Origin: Eledone cirrhosa
Taxonomy: Eukaryota
Assembly: GCA_964016885.1 (NCBI GenBank)
Contig: OZ024752.1
Location: forward strand, 32,116,001-32,180,000
Direction of reading: 5' to 3'
DNA length: 64,000 nucleotides
Under the pieces are notes generated by a model. That model was not told where the DNA came from and ran no database searches. It saw nothing but the letters and a program-made list of their open reading frames with translations. The first letter of the stretch is position 1. Each line of letters begins with the position of its first letter. Of this stretch, positions 25,449-40,099 are shown piece by piece. A program made the position numbers and the translations under genes.

Positions 25449-25773
25449 ATATATATAAACAACTATCTGGTTGTGGAACCAACCAACCAACCAGAAATTT
25501 ATAGGTTTGTAAATTTGTAAATTTATAAATTTATAAATATATAATAAATTGAAGTGAAAGCAACTGGTGCGTGTGTTTCTTATTGGCAACATGACCCTCC
25601 CAAAGTATAACAATATATATATATAGTTATATATATAACTATATATATATATAACTATATATATATATAACTATATATATATATATATATAGTTATATAT
25701 ATAACTATATATATATATAACTATATATATATATAACTATATATATATATATATATAGTTATATATATATATA

Positions 25774-25872
<99 letters not shown>

Positions 25873-26042
25873 CTATATATATAGTTATATATATATATAT
25901 ATAACTATATATATATATATATATACATATATATAACTATATATATATATATATATAGTTATATATATATATAGTTATATATATATATAGTTATATATAT
26001 ATAGTTATATATATATAGTTATATATACATATAGTTATATAT

Positions 26043-26100
<58 letters not shown>

Positions 26101-26152
26101 TATATATATATATAGTTATATATATATATATAGTTATATATATATATATAGT

Positions 26153-26189
<37 letters not shown>

Positions 26190-26207
26190 ATTTATATATA
26201 TATATAG

Positions 26208-26257
<50 letters not shown>

Positions 26258-26259
26258 AG

Positions 26260-26327
<68 letters not shown>

Positions 26328-26356
26328 ATATAGTTATATATATATATATATATAGT

Positions 26357-26390
<34 letters not shown>

Positions 26391-26392
26391 GT

Positions 26393-26423
<31 letters not shown>

Positions 26424-26439
26424 TTATATATATATATAG

Positions 26440-26511
<72 letters not shown>

Positions 26512-26515
26512 ATAG

Positions 26516-26706
<191 letters not shown>

Positions 26707-26722
26707 TATATATATATATATT

Positions 26723-26753
<31 letters not shown>

Positions 26754-26756
26754 ATT

Positions 26757-26823
<67 letters not shown>

Positions 26824-26846
26824 ATATTTACATATATATATATATT

Positions 26847-27105
<259 letters not shown>

Positions 27106-27108
27106 ATT

Positions 27109-27175
<67 letters not shown>

Positions 27176-27181
27176 ATATAG

Positions 27182-27250
<69 letters not shown>

Positions 27251-27275
27251 TATATAGTTATATATATATATATAT

Positions 27276-27460
27276 GCAAAAGTTCTATTTAAAATTGTTG
27301 GGATACAACAAGTAAATATTTTATAACTGATATAAAGCACTCGACAAGTTTTTGGAGTAGATATACGATATTAAGTAAATGGAAACTATATTTATAAAAC
27401 CACATTTATTTCATTATACATATTTCAGGGATACCAAATTAAAATATGGTATGGCTTCAT
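27276..27460 (-). mobile_element. Solo 3'-terminal fragment of the PLE D family (hammerhead truncated)
   Basis: Matches 30620-30805. Confidence 0.8.
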
Positions 27461-27652
27461 ATATATAGTTATATATATATATATATATAGTTATATATAT
27501 ATATATATATAGTTATATATATATATAGTTATATATATAGTTATATATATATATATATATAGTTATATATATATATATATATATAGTTATATATATATAT
27601 ATAGTTACATATATATAGTTATATATATATATATATATACATATATATATAG

Positions 27653-27744
<92 letters not shown>

Positions 27745-27810
27745 CTATATATATATATATATAACTATATATATATATATATATATATATAACTATATAT
27801 AACTATATAG

Positions 27811-27868
<58 letters not shown>

Positions 27869-27898
27869 CTATATATATATATAAACTATATATATATA

Positions 27899-28215
27899 TT
27901 TCGTTTCTGAAGAGGTCACAGAGTGTGTGACGAAATAACTATGACAATATATAACTATATAGTTATATACATATATATATATATTTATATAACTATATAT
28001 ATATATTTCGTTTCTGAAGAGGTCACAGAGTGTGTGACGAAAGAACTATGACAATATATAAACAACTATCTGGTTGTGGAACCAACCAACCAACCAGAAA
28101 TTTATAAATTTATAAATTTATTATAAATTTATTATAATAATAAATTGAATTGAAAGCAACTGGTGCGTGTGTTTCTTATTGGCAACATGACCCTCCCAAA
28201 ATATTACAATATATA
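27899..28215 (+). mobile_element. Two short PLE C-family terminal fragments starting inside the hammerhead core
   Basis: tttcgtttCTGAAGAggtcacagagtgtgtgacGAAA at 27899 and 28006; the second continues through the terminal repeat. Confidence 0.8.
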
Positions 28216-28353
28216 CATATATAGTTATATATATATAGTTATATATATATAGTTATATATATATGGTTATATATATATAGTTATATATATATATATATAT
28301 ATATAACTATATATATATATAGTTATATATATATATATATAACTATATATAAC

Positions 28354-28388
<35 letters not shown>

Positions 28389-28615
28389 ACTATATAGTTA
28401 TTATAGTTATATATATATAAATATATATAGTTATAGATATATATATATATATAACTATATATATATATATAGAGAGAGAGAGATAACTATATATATATAT
28501 ATAGAGAGAGAGAGATAACTATATATATATATATAACTATATATATATAAATGAAAAGTATAGAAATTGTTGTAACGAGAAGCTAACAGTATTCCATAAT
28601 ATATATATATATGTA

Positions 28616-28666
<51 letters not shown>

Positions 28667-28753
28667 ATATATATATATCCAGACAGCCTCCAAAAGTAAT
28701 GGTTGTATTTTAAAATGGTACGTCAAAGCTATTTATAAAACTGTTATAATTTG

Positions 28754-28818
28754 TATTTTGTCTGATGAAGGCATACAATAATTTAATGTGGTATCCCTGA
28801 AATATGTATAATGAAATA
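28754..28818 (+). ncRNA. Minimal type I hammerhead motif in a PLE D-family terminal fragment (28679-28862)
   Basis: tattttgt-CTGATGA-aggcatac...gtatccct-GAAA-tatgta-TA-atgaaata. Confidence 0.75.
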
Positions 28819-28889
28819 AATATGGTTTTATAAATATAGTTTCCATTTATTAATATCGTATATATATATATATATAACTATGTATATAT

Positions 28890-29250
28890 AAACGGAAAAA
28901 ATGAAACGAAATTTCATTTCCCACTCTTAGTACGGCTGTTACTTAAATATAAGTATGTACACGTACATACATATATGTATACAGACGTACAGTAGTATGT
29001 ATATATATATATACATACATACACACATATATATATGTACGTATGGATTCGCTGAACATTTATTATAATGCTCGGTGTGCTTGTAAACAAGCATCCCATA
29101 TTAAGCCGTAGTGTCCAGCAACTATCGTTGCTCGTTTGTTCAACACTGACAAAGGAACACTGTACTACTTTCAAGCTTATTAGCTATCGTCAGCAACGTA
29201 TACCTTCCTGCCAGATTGTTGAACGTATATACTTATACGTGTCCAGCATA
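28890..29250 (-). mobile_element. PLE-type terminal repeat of a further family (G)
   Basis: Contains the hammerhead at 29158-29198 and a downstream AATAAA on the minus strand. Homologous to 364-612. (TA)n flanks. Confidence 0.65.
29158..29198 (-). ncRNA. Minimal type I hammerhead motif
   Basis: Minus strand: cgttg-CTGACGA-t-agct(aata)agct-t-GAAA-gtag-TA-cagtg. Confidence 0.6.
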
Positions 29251-29305
29251 TATATATATTGTTATACTTGGGGAGGGTCATATTTGTGTAATATTGCCAG
29301 AATGA

Positions 29306-29312
29306 ATAACAT

Positions 29313-29367
<55 letters not shown>

Positions 29368-29964
29368 CGTTTCTGAATTTGTTTAGCAAGATTCTTTATC
29401 TGAAATCGTGTGTTGAAACCGATATTGTTATACTTTGGGAGGGTCATGTTGCCAATAAGAAACACACGCACCAGTTGCTTTCACTTCAATTTAATTTATT
29501 ATATATTTATAAATTTACAAATTTATAAATTTCTGGTTGGTTGGTTGGTTCCACAACCAGATAGTTGTTTATATATATATAGTCATAGTTCTTTAGTCAC
29601 ACACTCTGTGACCTCTTCAGTGACTGGGGATTTCTTTCTTCGTTTCTGTGCCTTTCCTTTCTTCTATCCTACGCCAAACAAAATGGCGTAGGATAGAAGA
29701 AAGGAAAGGCACAGAAACAAAAGGAAAGGAATCCCCAGTCACTGAAGAGGTCACAGAGTGTGTGACGAAAGGACTATGACTATATATAAACAACTATCTG
29801 GTTGTGAAACCAACCAACCAACCAGAAATTTATAAATTTGTAAATTTATAAATATATAATAAATTAAATTGAAGTGAAAGCAACTGGTGCGTGTGTTTCT
29901 TATTGGCAACATGACCCTCCCAAAGTATAACAATATATATATATATATATATATATATGTCATG

Positions 29965-29968
<4 letters not shown>
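29306..29968. mobile_element. Palindromic ORF-less PLE C-family terminal-repeat pair
   Basis: Inverted arms centred on cctacgcca-aacaaaa-tggcgtagg (~29680). Hammerheads at 29581-29625 (minus strand, GAAA mutated to TAAA) and 29737-29781 (plus strand, intact core). Confidence 0.85.
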
Positions 29969-30012
<44 letters not shown>

Positions 30013-30199
30013 ATATATATATAACTGTGAGTAATAATATGAATTAAGAAGTAATTGAGAAGTAAAAGTTACCGTCCTAATATATATAGAGAGAGATTTG
30101 TTAATTTAGTAGTTCAACAAAGCAACGTGTTGCATGTGGTTTCGGCAACGAAATGCTCTGTATACTTTATAATTAATATCTCCTCTTGTTCCAAAGAAT

Positions 30200-30288
30200 T
30201 CTCCCCTGATGAAAGAACAAGTTCCTGCAATATTGGTTTTGAAATGGCTGGCATTGTTTCTTTTGTTTTTGAAATTATAGTCGGGAGA
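30200..30288 (+). ncRNA. Minimal type I hammerhead motif
   Basis: tctccc-CTGATGA-aagaacaa...ttgttttt-GAAA-ttatag-TC-gggaga; GUC triplet. Confidence 0.75.
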
Positions 30289-30501
30289 CGTTTATATGAA
30301 TGAGACTAACATATTTTAGTCTGTCTGATTTATATTCCCCTAAATAGACTTTTTTTTTTACATAAGTTTAATTTTTAATATGTAAAATTGCTTCTTTGAG
30401 TGATATTTTATCCATTCATTGAGATGTCTAAGTGTTTATCCCTGGTTCAATCGGCGTTAACCACAGTAAGTAAGGTACTCAATACATAGAGTATAAATAT
30501 T

Positions 30502-30572
30502 CAATGTAGAAATGGCTTCCTGATGATTTCTCCCGAATGAAACTGTTCTAGTCCTGTTGAAGCCATTTCTAT

Positions 30573-30576
<4 letters not shown>
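30502..30576 (+). ncRNA. Type I hammerhead motif with 18-bp stem I
   Basis: caatgtagaaatggcttc-CTGATGA-tttctcccgaat-GAAA-ctgttctagtcctg-TT-gaagccatttctatattg; stems II and III are imperfect. Confidence 0.65.
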
Positions 30577-30622
<46 letters not shown>

Positions 30623-30750
30623 AAAGTTTTATTTAAAATTGTTGGGTTACAACAAGTAAATATTTTATAACTGATATAAAGCACTCGACAAGTTTTTGGA
30701 GTAGATATACGATATTAAACAAATGGAAACTATATTTATAAAACCATATT

Positions 30751-30816
30751 TATTTCATTATACATATTTCGGGGATACCATATTAAAAATATGGCATGCC
30801 TTCGTCAGATAAAATA
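30751..30816 (-). ncRNA. Minimal type I hammerhead motif (PLE D)
   Basis: Inverted copy of 35148-35211. Confidence 0.72.
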
Positions 30817-30883
30817 CAATATATAAACAGTTTTATAAATAATTTTGACGTACCATAAGTATGAGCGACCATTATGTAGGAAG

Positions 30884-30976
30884 GTTGACTTTGCCTTTCA
30901 TCCTTACGGGGGTCGATAAAATAAAGTACCAGTAATACACTGGGTAGTTGCTGGCCTTGTGCCTAAAGTAGAAACA
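30884..30976 (+). mobile_element. 5'-truncated SINE with 13-bp target-site duplication
   Basis: ATTATGTAGGAAG at 30871-30883 and 30977-30989; the empty site is visible in the other arm at ~35080-35092. Confidence 0.92.
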
Positions 30977-32531
30977 ATTATGTAGGAAGCTGGTTTGGTA
31001 GTGAAGTGTTTATAAATATTTAGTGTTAAGCATAGTTATAAAGAAAGACGGAGAAAAAGAAGAAATGTATGTAAAGAAAAACAGAGAGAAATAGAGAGAG
31101 ATAGGGGAGAGAGAAATAAGGAGGAGGTGAAAAAAGAGAGGCAACCGAAGGCAACAGATGAATAATAATAATTCATCATACAAATTGAGAGATTTAAGAG
31201 GGAGGGAGTACGGTAATTATTTAGTTATAGTGTTAAGGACAGTTAGAGAGGAGACGGAAAGAAAGAAAAAATGGAGATGAAGAGAAAACAGAGAGAGATA
31301 GAGGTGGGGGGAAAAGAAAGAGGGAGACAAAATAATAATAATTATATAGGGGGAGGTGAAAATCAAGAGAGAAATAAGAGAGAAACATGAGAGGCAAAGT
31401 CAAAATAACAGATACATAAACCTCATTATATATAAAGAGAGAGGAGAAGAAAGAACTATATCTAGAGAGAGGGATGATAGAGTTACATCTTTACGTCATG
31501 TCCTATCAATTTGAATTATCAATTCATATGAACTGGGTAATATAATGTAAATATCAATATTCATGAATGAGACATAGATATATAATGTGTGAAAATAATT
31601 TTGCTCAATAATGACCATATGTTTAGTTTAAAACTCTGAGGTCGATGTACCAAAAACTGAGATAAATCTTCAAAAAATTACCCTATTTATAAAAATACGG
31701 AGATATATAAGTATATACATACACATGCATTTGCACTTTCTGGAAAAGGAAAGAAAAAGAGAAAGAGAAAGTCATGTCAAGCTCTAGTTGATAGTATAGA
31801 CATACCCATGACTTTACGTGATCAACTCTGTAATTTCTTGTTTTACAAAAAAAAAAAAAAAATTTTTTTCCTTGTGTTATAAAAGATTTCACTATATATA
31901 TATACATAAAAAATAAACGATTAATATTCTCACATACATGATTATCGTTCATGTATAGAATATTATGCATATCTGCAACATATACAGAACTATACCCACA
32001 CATACATATAGATATATATGTATGCACACATACAGGTACATGAACAGATAAAATATACTCTGTAGTCATTCCATATGCATATTAATACATATGGCCTTTG
32101 TACAGAGACAACCAGAAATATCAAAACGTTAAAATATTTCCATCACTCCCTAGGGTATCTCAGGCCACAAAAACACAGTATGCTTCTTATATTTACCACA
32201 GAAATCTACCCTTCCAATTTATCAGACAATATATTGCCAAGTTCTTTAGAAGCAATCAGAATCAAAAAGCAAACAAAAAACCAAAAATTATTTAACTAAA
32301 ATCAATTAAAGGATTTAGGAGACCCTGTGGTTCTACGGATGCTCTTATATTTAGTATAGAAGTTTATCTTGCGTAAAATTTATTTAATACATTGGGAGCA
32401 TCTACATTTTAGAGTAGTTTAATTACATCATTTGTTTATATTTATGAAGAAGGTTTAAAAGAAAAAGTTGAAGGAATGGAAAGATTTATCGTCAGGTTTC
32501 ATACATTAATTCAATTTCTTAATTAATTATA

Positions 32532-34000
32532 CTACATTTTAAATTTATATTTATATTTAAACTTTGAGTTCAATCTATGTCTGCAGCAACTGAATAAATT
32601 GCTCCTTAAATTAAGGGAATTTTTGGATTTTAATATAAAGAATATCTCCTCCACACAAAGATCACATGTCTCAGATGAGGAATTAAAAGGAATCCCTCTT
32701 GAGACAATATTCCAAAACATCGAATACCCAACGTTATCACGTTTAAGTTGCCAGAGTAAGCTTGATAGTGAGGTTGAAGATTTTTTGTTTGGATCTGTGA
32801 AAGAATTCTTATGATTATTGTAGCGAAGTTTAAATTCTGTCGAGGTGGAACCAACATAGTTGAAAGAATTTAAGTTAGTTTTAACAATACAATTGTATAT
32901 TATATTTTTAACTAAGCAATTGTTATTTAACGGACATTTAGATTTATTTCTACAGTTACAGTTGTTTAATTGAATATTGTTTGGGTTATTATTGGTATTT
33001 AGGTTAGGTTTTAAATTCCTATTATTTATTCTGTTAATATTTTGTGCTAAATTTTTGGTGGACGAGTAAGTTAATTGTATAGTATGTCTATTAAAAATTG
33101 AGTGATATTTATGTGTTCTAGGGAAGCGTTTGTCAAGAGCATTAAAAACTAGTTTAGCAATGTGGGTTTTAATATTTAGTGAGAAGGGGGGGGGGGCAAA
33201 TTTCTAGTTCTATTTCTTTTCCGGCTTTTGGAATTATTGTAATGTTTTCTATTATAGTTGTTAATGTTGTTACCGTAATTAAAATTGTTATTATTTTGGT
33301 TAGTTTGCCTATTATTATCGATGTACTTAATTTTATCACTATATCCTGCTCTAGCTAACGCTTCATTGTAATACTGCGCTTTTTCGTCGAAAATATTTTT
33401 ATTAGATGAAATTCTTGAGATTCGTTCTTGAACAGATTTCACTATAGTATTTTTAACAGATCTGGGGTGATTAGAGTTAAAATTGACATAATTCAAGTTT
33501 TCATTTAGTTTGTGAAATGGATAGTGAAGACATGTGTTGAGATTTAGTGTTACATCTAGGAAATTGACTATTCTATGGTTATTCTCTATTTCTATTTTTA
33601 GATTAAGGTAATTAAAAAATTGTATAATTTGTTTTCTTTTTCTATTTAGTTCAGAGTTATTATTTTCAATAAGTAAAAGCATGTCATCACAATATAATCC
33701 TCCGGTTACACCTGGTATTTTTCTATGCAGCGAATTAATTATAAATAGGCCCACAAGGTCCGTTACCTGAGCTGAGTCAGATGATCCCATAGTTATGTCG
33801 AAATTATTATCTCTATCTGCCCTAGTCCATAGTTGGTTATTAAATTCTATCAATGTTTTCCTTGCCGATAATATAATGTGCATTTCATTGCTAGTTAGGT
33901 CTGTATGTTTGAATGCGTAATTTAGTGCCTTATTCAGTAGATTAGGGGTAATAGATGAATAGTAGTTAGCAATATCTAGTTGAATAAATTTATTATTATT
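32532..34000 (-). pseudogene. PLE D RT plus GIY-YIG (Naiad-type); frameshift at the G-run 33186-33196
   Basis: FIQLDIANYYSSI, ITMGSSDSAQVTDLVG, LYCDDM, VNFLDVTL, SNHP. After the shift: CNCRNKSKCPLNNNC, IIY..YVG, CDLC.EE..LNLR....CCRH. Confidence 0.88.
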
Positions 34001-35147
34001 GTCTCTGTACAAAGGCCATATGTATTAATATGCATATGGAATGACTACAGAGTATATTTTATCTGTTCATGTACCTGTATGTGTGCATACATATATATTT
34101 ATATGTATGTGTGGGTATAGTTCTGTATATGTTGCAGATATGCATAATATTCTATACATGAACGATAATCATGTATGTGAGAATATTAATCGTTTATTTT
34201 TTATGTATATATATATAGTGAAATTTTTTATAACACAAGGAAAAAAAAATTTTTTTTGTGAAACAAGAAATTACAGAGTTGATCACGTAAAGTCATGGGT
34301 ATGTCTATACTATCAACTAGAGCTTGACATGACTTTCTCTTTCTCTTTTTCTTTCCTTTTCCAGAAAGTGCAAATGCATGTGTATGTATATACTTATATA
34401 TCTCCGTATTTTTATAAATAGGGTAATTTTTTGAAGATTTATCTCAGTTTTTGGTACATCGACCTCAGAGTTTTAAACTAAACATATGGTCATTATTGAG
34501 CAAAATTATTTTCACACATTATATATCTATGTCTCATTCATGAATATTGATATTTACATTATATTACCCAGTTCATATGAATTGATAATTCAAATTGATA
34601 GGACATGACGTAAAGATGTAACTCTATCATCCCTCTCTCTAGATATAGCTCTTTCTTCTCCTCTCTCTTTATATATAATGAGGTTTATGTATCTGTTATT
34701 TTGACTTCGCCTCTCATGTTTCTCTCTTATTTCTCTCTTGATTTTCACCTCCCCCTATATAATTATTATTATTTTGTCTCCCTCTTTCTTTTCCCCCCAC
34801 CTCTATCTCTCTCTGTTTTCTCTTCATCTCCATATTTTCTTTCTTTCCGTCTCCTCTCCTTAACACTATAACTAAATAATTACCGTACTCCCTCCCTCTT
34901 AAATCTCTCAATTTGTATGATGAATTATTATTATTCATCTGTTGCCTTCGGTTGCCTCTCTTTTTTCACCTCCTCCCTATTTCTCTGCTTTTCTTTACAT
35001 ACATTTCTTCTTTTTCTCCGTCTTTCTTTATAACTATGCTTAACACTAAATATTTATAAACACTTCACTACCAAACCAGCTTCCTACATAATGGTCGCTC
35101 ATACTTATGGTACGTCAAAATTATTTATAAAACTGTTTATATATTGT

Positions 35148-35211
35148 ATTTTATCTGACGAAGGCATGCCATATTTTTAATATGGTATCCCCGAAATATA
35201 TATAATGAAAT
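35148..35211 (+). ncRNA. Minimal type I hammerhead motif (PLE D inverted arm)
   Basis: attttat-CTGACGA-aggcatgccatatt(ttt)aatatggtatcccc-GAAA-tatata-TA-atgaaat. Confidence 0.72.
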
Positions 35212-35252
35212 GAATATGGTTTTATAAATATAGTTTCCATTTGTTTAATATC

Positions 35253-35335
<83 letters not shown>

Positions 35336-35338
<3 letters not shown>

Positions 35339-35512
35339 AAAGAGTCAGAACCCCGACAGCTGAGTTCCGGCCGTTTCGACAGCTAGATCCGAAACGGCCG
35401 GAGCTCAACCGTCGGGGTCCTGACTCTTTTCCTATTACCCACTCTACTACCCTAAGTATCGAGTACTCTGGTGCGTTATGGTCCACCTCGTTCCTTGCCA
35501 CACTTCCTTCGT
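35336..35512. repeat. GC-rich island in (TA)n beginning with a 97-nt fold-back (35336-35432)
   Basis: ggaaaagagtcag.accccgac...ccggccgtttcg pairs with cgaaacggccgg...gtcggggt.ctgactcttttcc. Confidence 0.8.
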
Positions 35513-35535
35513 TATATATATATATATGTATAAAT

Positions 35536-35790
35536 CAGCTCAAAAATGACACAGAGGAGACTGAGATTAGCTGGACATGCTCACCGACATCCAGAGTTGA
35601 CATTGCACTCAGTGCTCCTGTCGTAGCCCCTACATGGACACACTGAAAGTGGAAGACCAAGGTTAACGTATGTTGATGCCCTAAGGACAGACACTGGTCT
35701 GTTGGAGACGCATGACATGGCAGCGATAATGAGGGACAGAGACCGCTGGAGAGAACTCGTCCATGGATCTCGGGAATTTTACCCGCCCTA
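35536..35790 (+). pseudogene. Decayed 3' fragment of an RTE-group LINE
   Basis: Translates RRLRLAGHAHRHPE....*P.HG...GRPRLTYVD.L..DTGL.......M.DRD.WR, the typical RTE C-terminal pattern. Confidence 0.75.
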
Positions 35791-35857
35791 GATATATAGA
35801 GATATATATATGCGCAGATTTCGTCTCGTTGAAATCCAAACATATTCACTACAATGA

Positions 35858-37600
<1,743 letters not shown>

Positions 37601-38499
37601 ATGCAGAAAGATTCGTATATTTTCTTAAGTATCTAAAATATTGTGTATATATGTGTTTATATGTATATATGCACTGCCTTGACTTCTTTATACGTGGTTT
37701 GCTTTGATTGTGGGTTCGATATCACAACCCTGCACCCTGCACCCTGGCACAGTACTAGAATCAATGAAACACATAGAGACAAAACACAAGAGACACAGAG
37801 ATTGTGACGCGGTGATGAAATTAGGTGCCTTTCTGTAAAAAGGGCTGGTGAGTCAGTGACTAACCACGTCTGCACGATGTGCTGTCAGCAAGTCGAAAAG
37901 ACAAGACAATAGAACTACGTAATAGAAGAGGAGTTATTTAGCAGCAGTAATAGTAGTGAGCAACTCAATGATGGGAGGAAGGAAGTACGTTATAGAATAT
38001 TAATTGCAAACATGGCAATAGATACTGTGAAAACCACACAGAAATATAGATATAGACGAATAAATGAACCCGTGTACTATCCGTAGCAGTGTTTCTAAAT
38101 GTCTGCTATATGTAGCGTATTATGTGTGGGTATTTCTATAGAAAAGTTGTTAATTATCCTTTCTTAATGTTTATATCTAAGTCATAGAGGTTAAAGATGC
38201 TAATGACATACAGAAAAGGAGTGGGGGAGTGAAACATTTTTACTTTAACAATGATGGGATTGTTTGTATCTGGAGAATTAACATTTATTCATCATATTAT
38301 TGACCAACCTGATTTTATTGATTCTATCTTGTTCATGGCTAGTGTATTATGTATGGCTGCTAAATATTTGAACTAACTCTTTGGGACTTTTCTATTATTG
38401 GTGCTTTTTATTGATTCCTGTTTCTACCTTTTAAGATACTTTTGTTATTGCTTGCTATGATTTCTTAGTTATTGCCATTTTCTTGTGTGATGATACATT

Positions 38500-39200
38500 C
38501 ACTCTCTCTCTCTTTAATATTCTCCCTCTCTTACTGTTGGTATTACATTTCTTGTGATACAATCACTGTTCATTACTATCTCTCTCTCTCTCTCTAAAAT
38601 ATCTGTCTTACTATTGTCACTACATTTCTTGTGATACAATCAGTGCATTACTCTTTCCCTCCTTCTCTCTCCCCCCTCTCTCTCTCTCTCTCTCTCTCTA
38701 CCTCCTTCTCTCTCCCTCTCTCTCCCTCTCCATTTCCCTTCCTTTCTGTCTCCCCCTCTCTCTCTCCCTATCTCTCTCTCCCTATCTCTATCCCTCCTCT
38801 CTCTCTCCCCATCTCTCTCTCTCTAACCCCCCCCTCTCTCTCTACCCCCCCTCTCTAACCCCCCAATCTCTCTCTCTCTCTCTCTCTCATCTCTCTCTTT
38901 CTCAACTCTCTATTTCTCATCTCTCTCTCTCTCTCTCTCTCTCTCCCTCTCCTCCTCTGAAATATTCTACGTCTCTTTCTATTGTCACTACATTTCTTGT
39001 GATACATTACTATCTCTATCTATCTCCCTCTCATTCACTCTCTCTCTCTAATATATCTTCCCCTCTCTCTCTCTCCCCTCTCTCTCTCCCCTCTCTCTCC
39101 TCTCTCTCTCTCTCCCCCTCTCTCTCCCCTCTCTCTCTCCCACTCTCTCTCTACCCTCTCTCTTTTTCCCTCCCCCTCTCTCTATCTCTCTCTCCCTAAA
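38500..39200. repeat. (CT)n-rich polypyrimidine region with a short repeated unit ctattgtcactacatttcttgtgatac
   Basis: Directly visible. Confidence 0.85.
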
Positions 39201-39475
39201 ATATTCTATCTTTAACTATTGGTGCTACATTGATTTCTAATTTGTATTTACCAAATTCTTGGTAACCTCATATTGAGTTGGAATCAAACTAATGTTTGTC
39301 ACTTCTTATAACGACGGATTCTTGTGATTTAGAGGTTCCCTTGTTTTAACTCTTCTGTTTCGATTGTTTAAACAGAAAACTATTGTTATCGTTCTCTAGT
39401 AAATGTCACATTTTCTCACTGATGTCTTTTCTTTGTTTATTCCTTTAAATATTGATGAATCTATTCTTTTATTAT

Positions 39476-40046
39476 TGGTGGATTGGCAGTATCGGTAGAG
39501 GGTCGGACGCCGTGTTTTCCAGCATAGTTACGTCCCTTTACAGTCTGAGTTCAAATCCCGACGAGGTTAACTTTGCCTTTCATCCTTAAGGAGTGGATAA
39601 AATAAGGTACCAGTAATGCACTGGGTAATTGCTAGCATTGTGCCAAAAAGTAGAAACAATTATTATCTCTCTTTTATAGAATTATGGCCCTTTATGATCT
39701 GAGTTCAAATCTCGCCGAGGTTAACTTTGCCTTTCATCTTTACGGGTTTGATAAAATAAAGTACCAGTCACGCACTAGGGTCGTTTTAATCGACTCCCCC
39801 CCCCCCTCCCCAAATTACTAGCCTTGTGCCTATACTAGAAATCAGTATTATGTCTCTTTTATGTAGATTAGCAGTATCAGTAGAGGATCGGACTCCATGC
39901 TTTGCAGTACAGTGTTACGGCCCTTTAAGTTCTGAGTTCAAATCTCGCCAAGGTTAATTTGCTTTCATCCTTAAGGGGTCGATAAAATAAAGTACGCGTA
40001 ATGAGATAATTGCTGGCCTTGTGCCAAAAGTAGAAACAATTATTAT
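39476..40046 (+). mobile_element. Three tandem SINE copies
   Basis: SINE consensus at ~39476-39665, 39680-39850 and 39863-40046. Confidence 0.88.
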
Positions 40047-40099
40047 CACTTTTTTATATGATGTTTGTCATTGTCTTTCCTGTTATTTCAGTATATGTG

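Larger units (their letters stand above)
18996..25616. mobile_element. PLE C: Neptune-type Penelope-like element (minus-strand main copy 18996-22840) with a 2.8-kb inverted duplicate (22841-25616)
   Basis: Arms 19053-21830 and 22841-25616 are ~99% identical inverted copies with a 1-kb unique spacer. (TA)n flanks both ends. Confidence 0.92.
30618..35254 (-). mobile_element. PLE D: Naiad-type Penelope-like element, 5'-truncated, with inverted terminal duplication
   Basis: Arms ~30708-32111 and 33999-35254 are inverted copies, with hammerheads at 30751-30816 (minus) and 35148-35211 (plus). (TA)n flanks. Confidence 0.9.

Noticed and set aside
19053-25616. Inverted repeats as pure assembly artefacts
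   Set aside because: Arms differ by substitutions, indels and a TSD-flanked SINE, and have unique spacers; read-level confirmation is still advisable.
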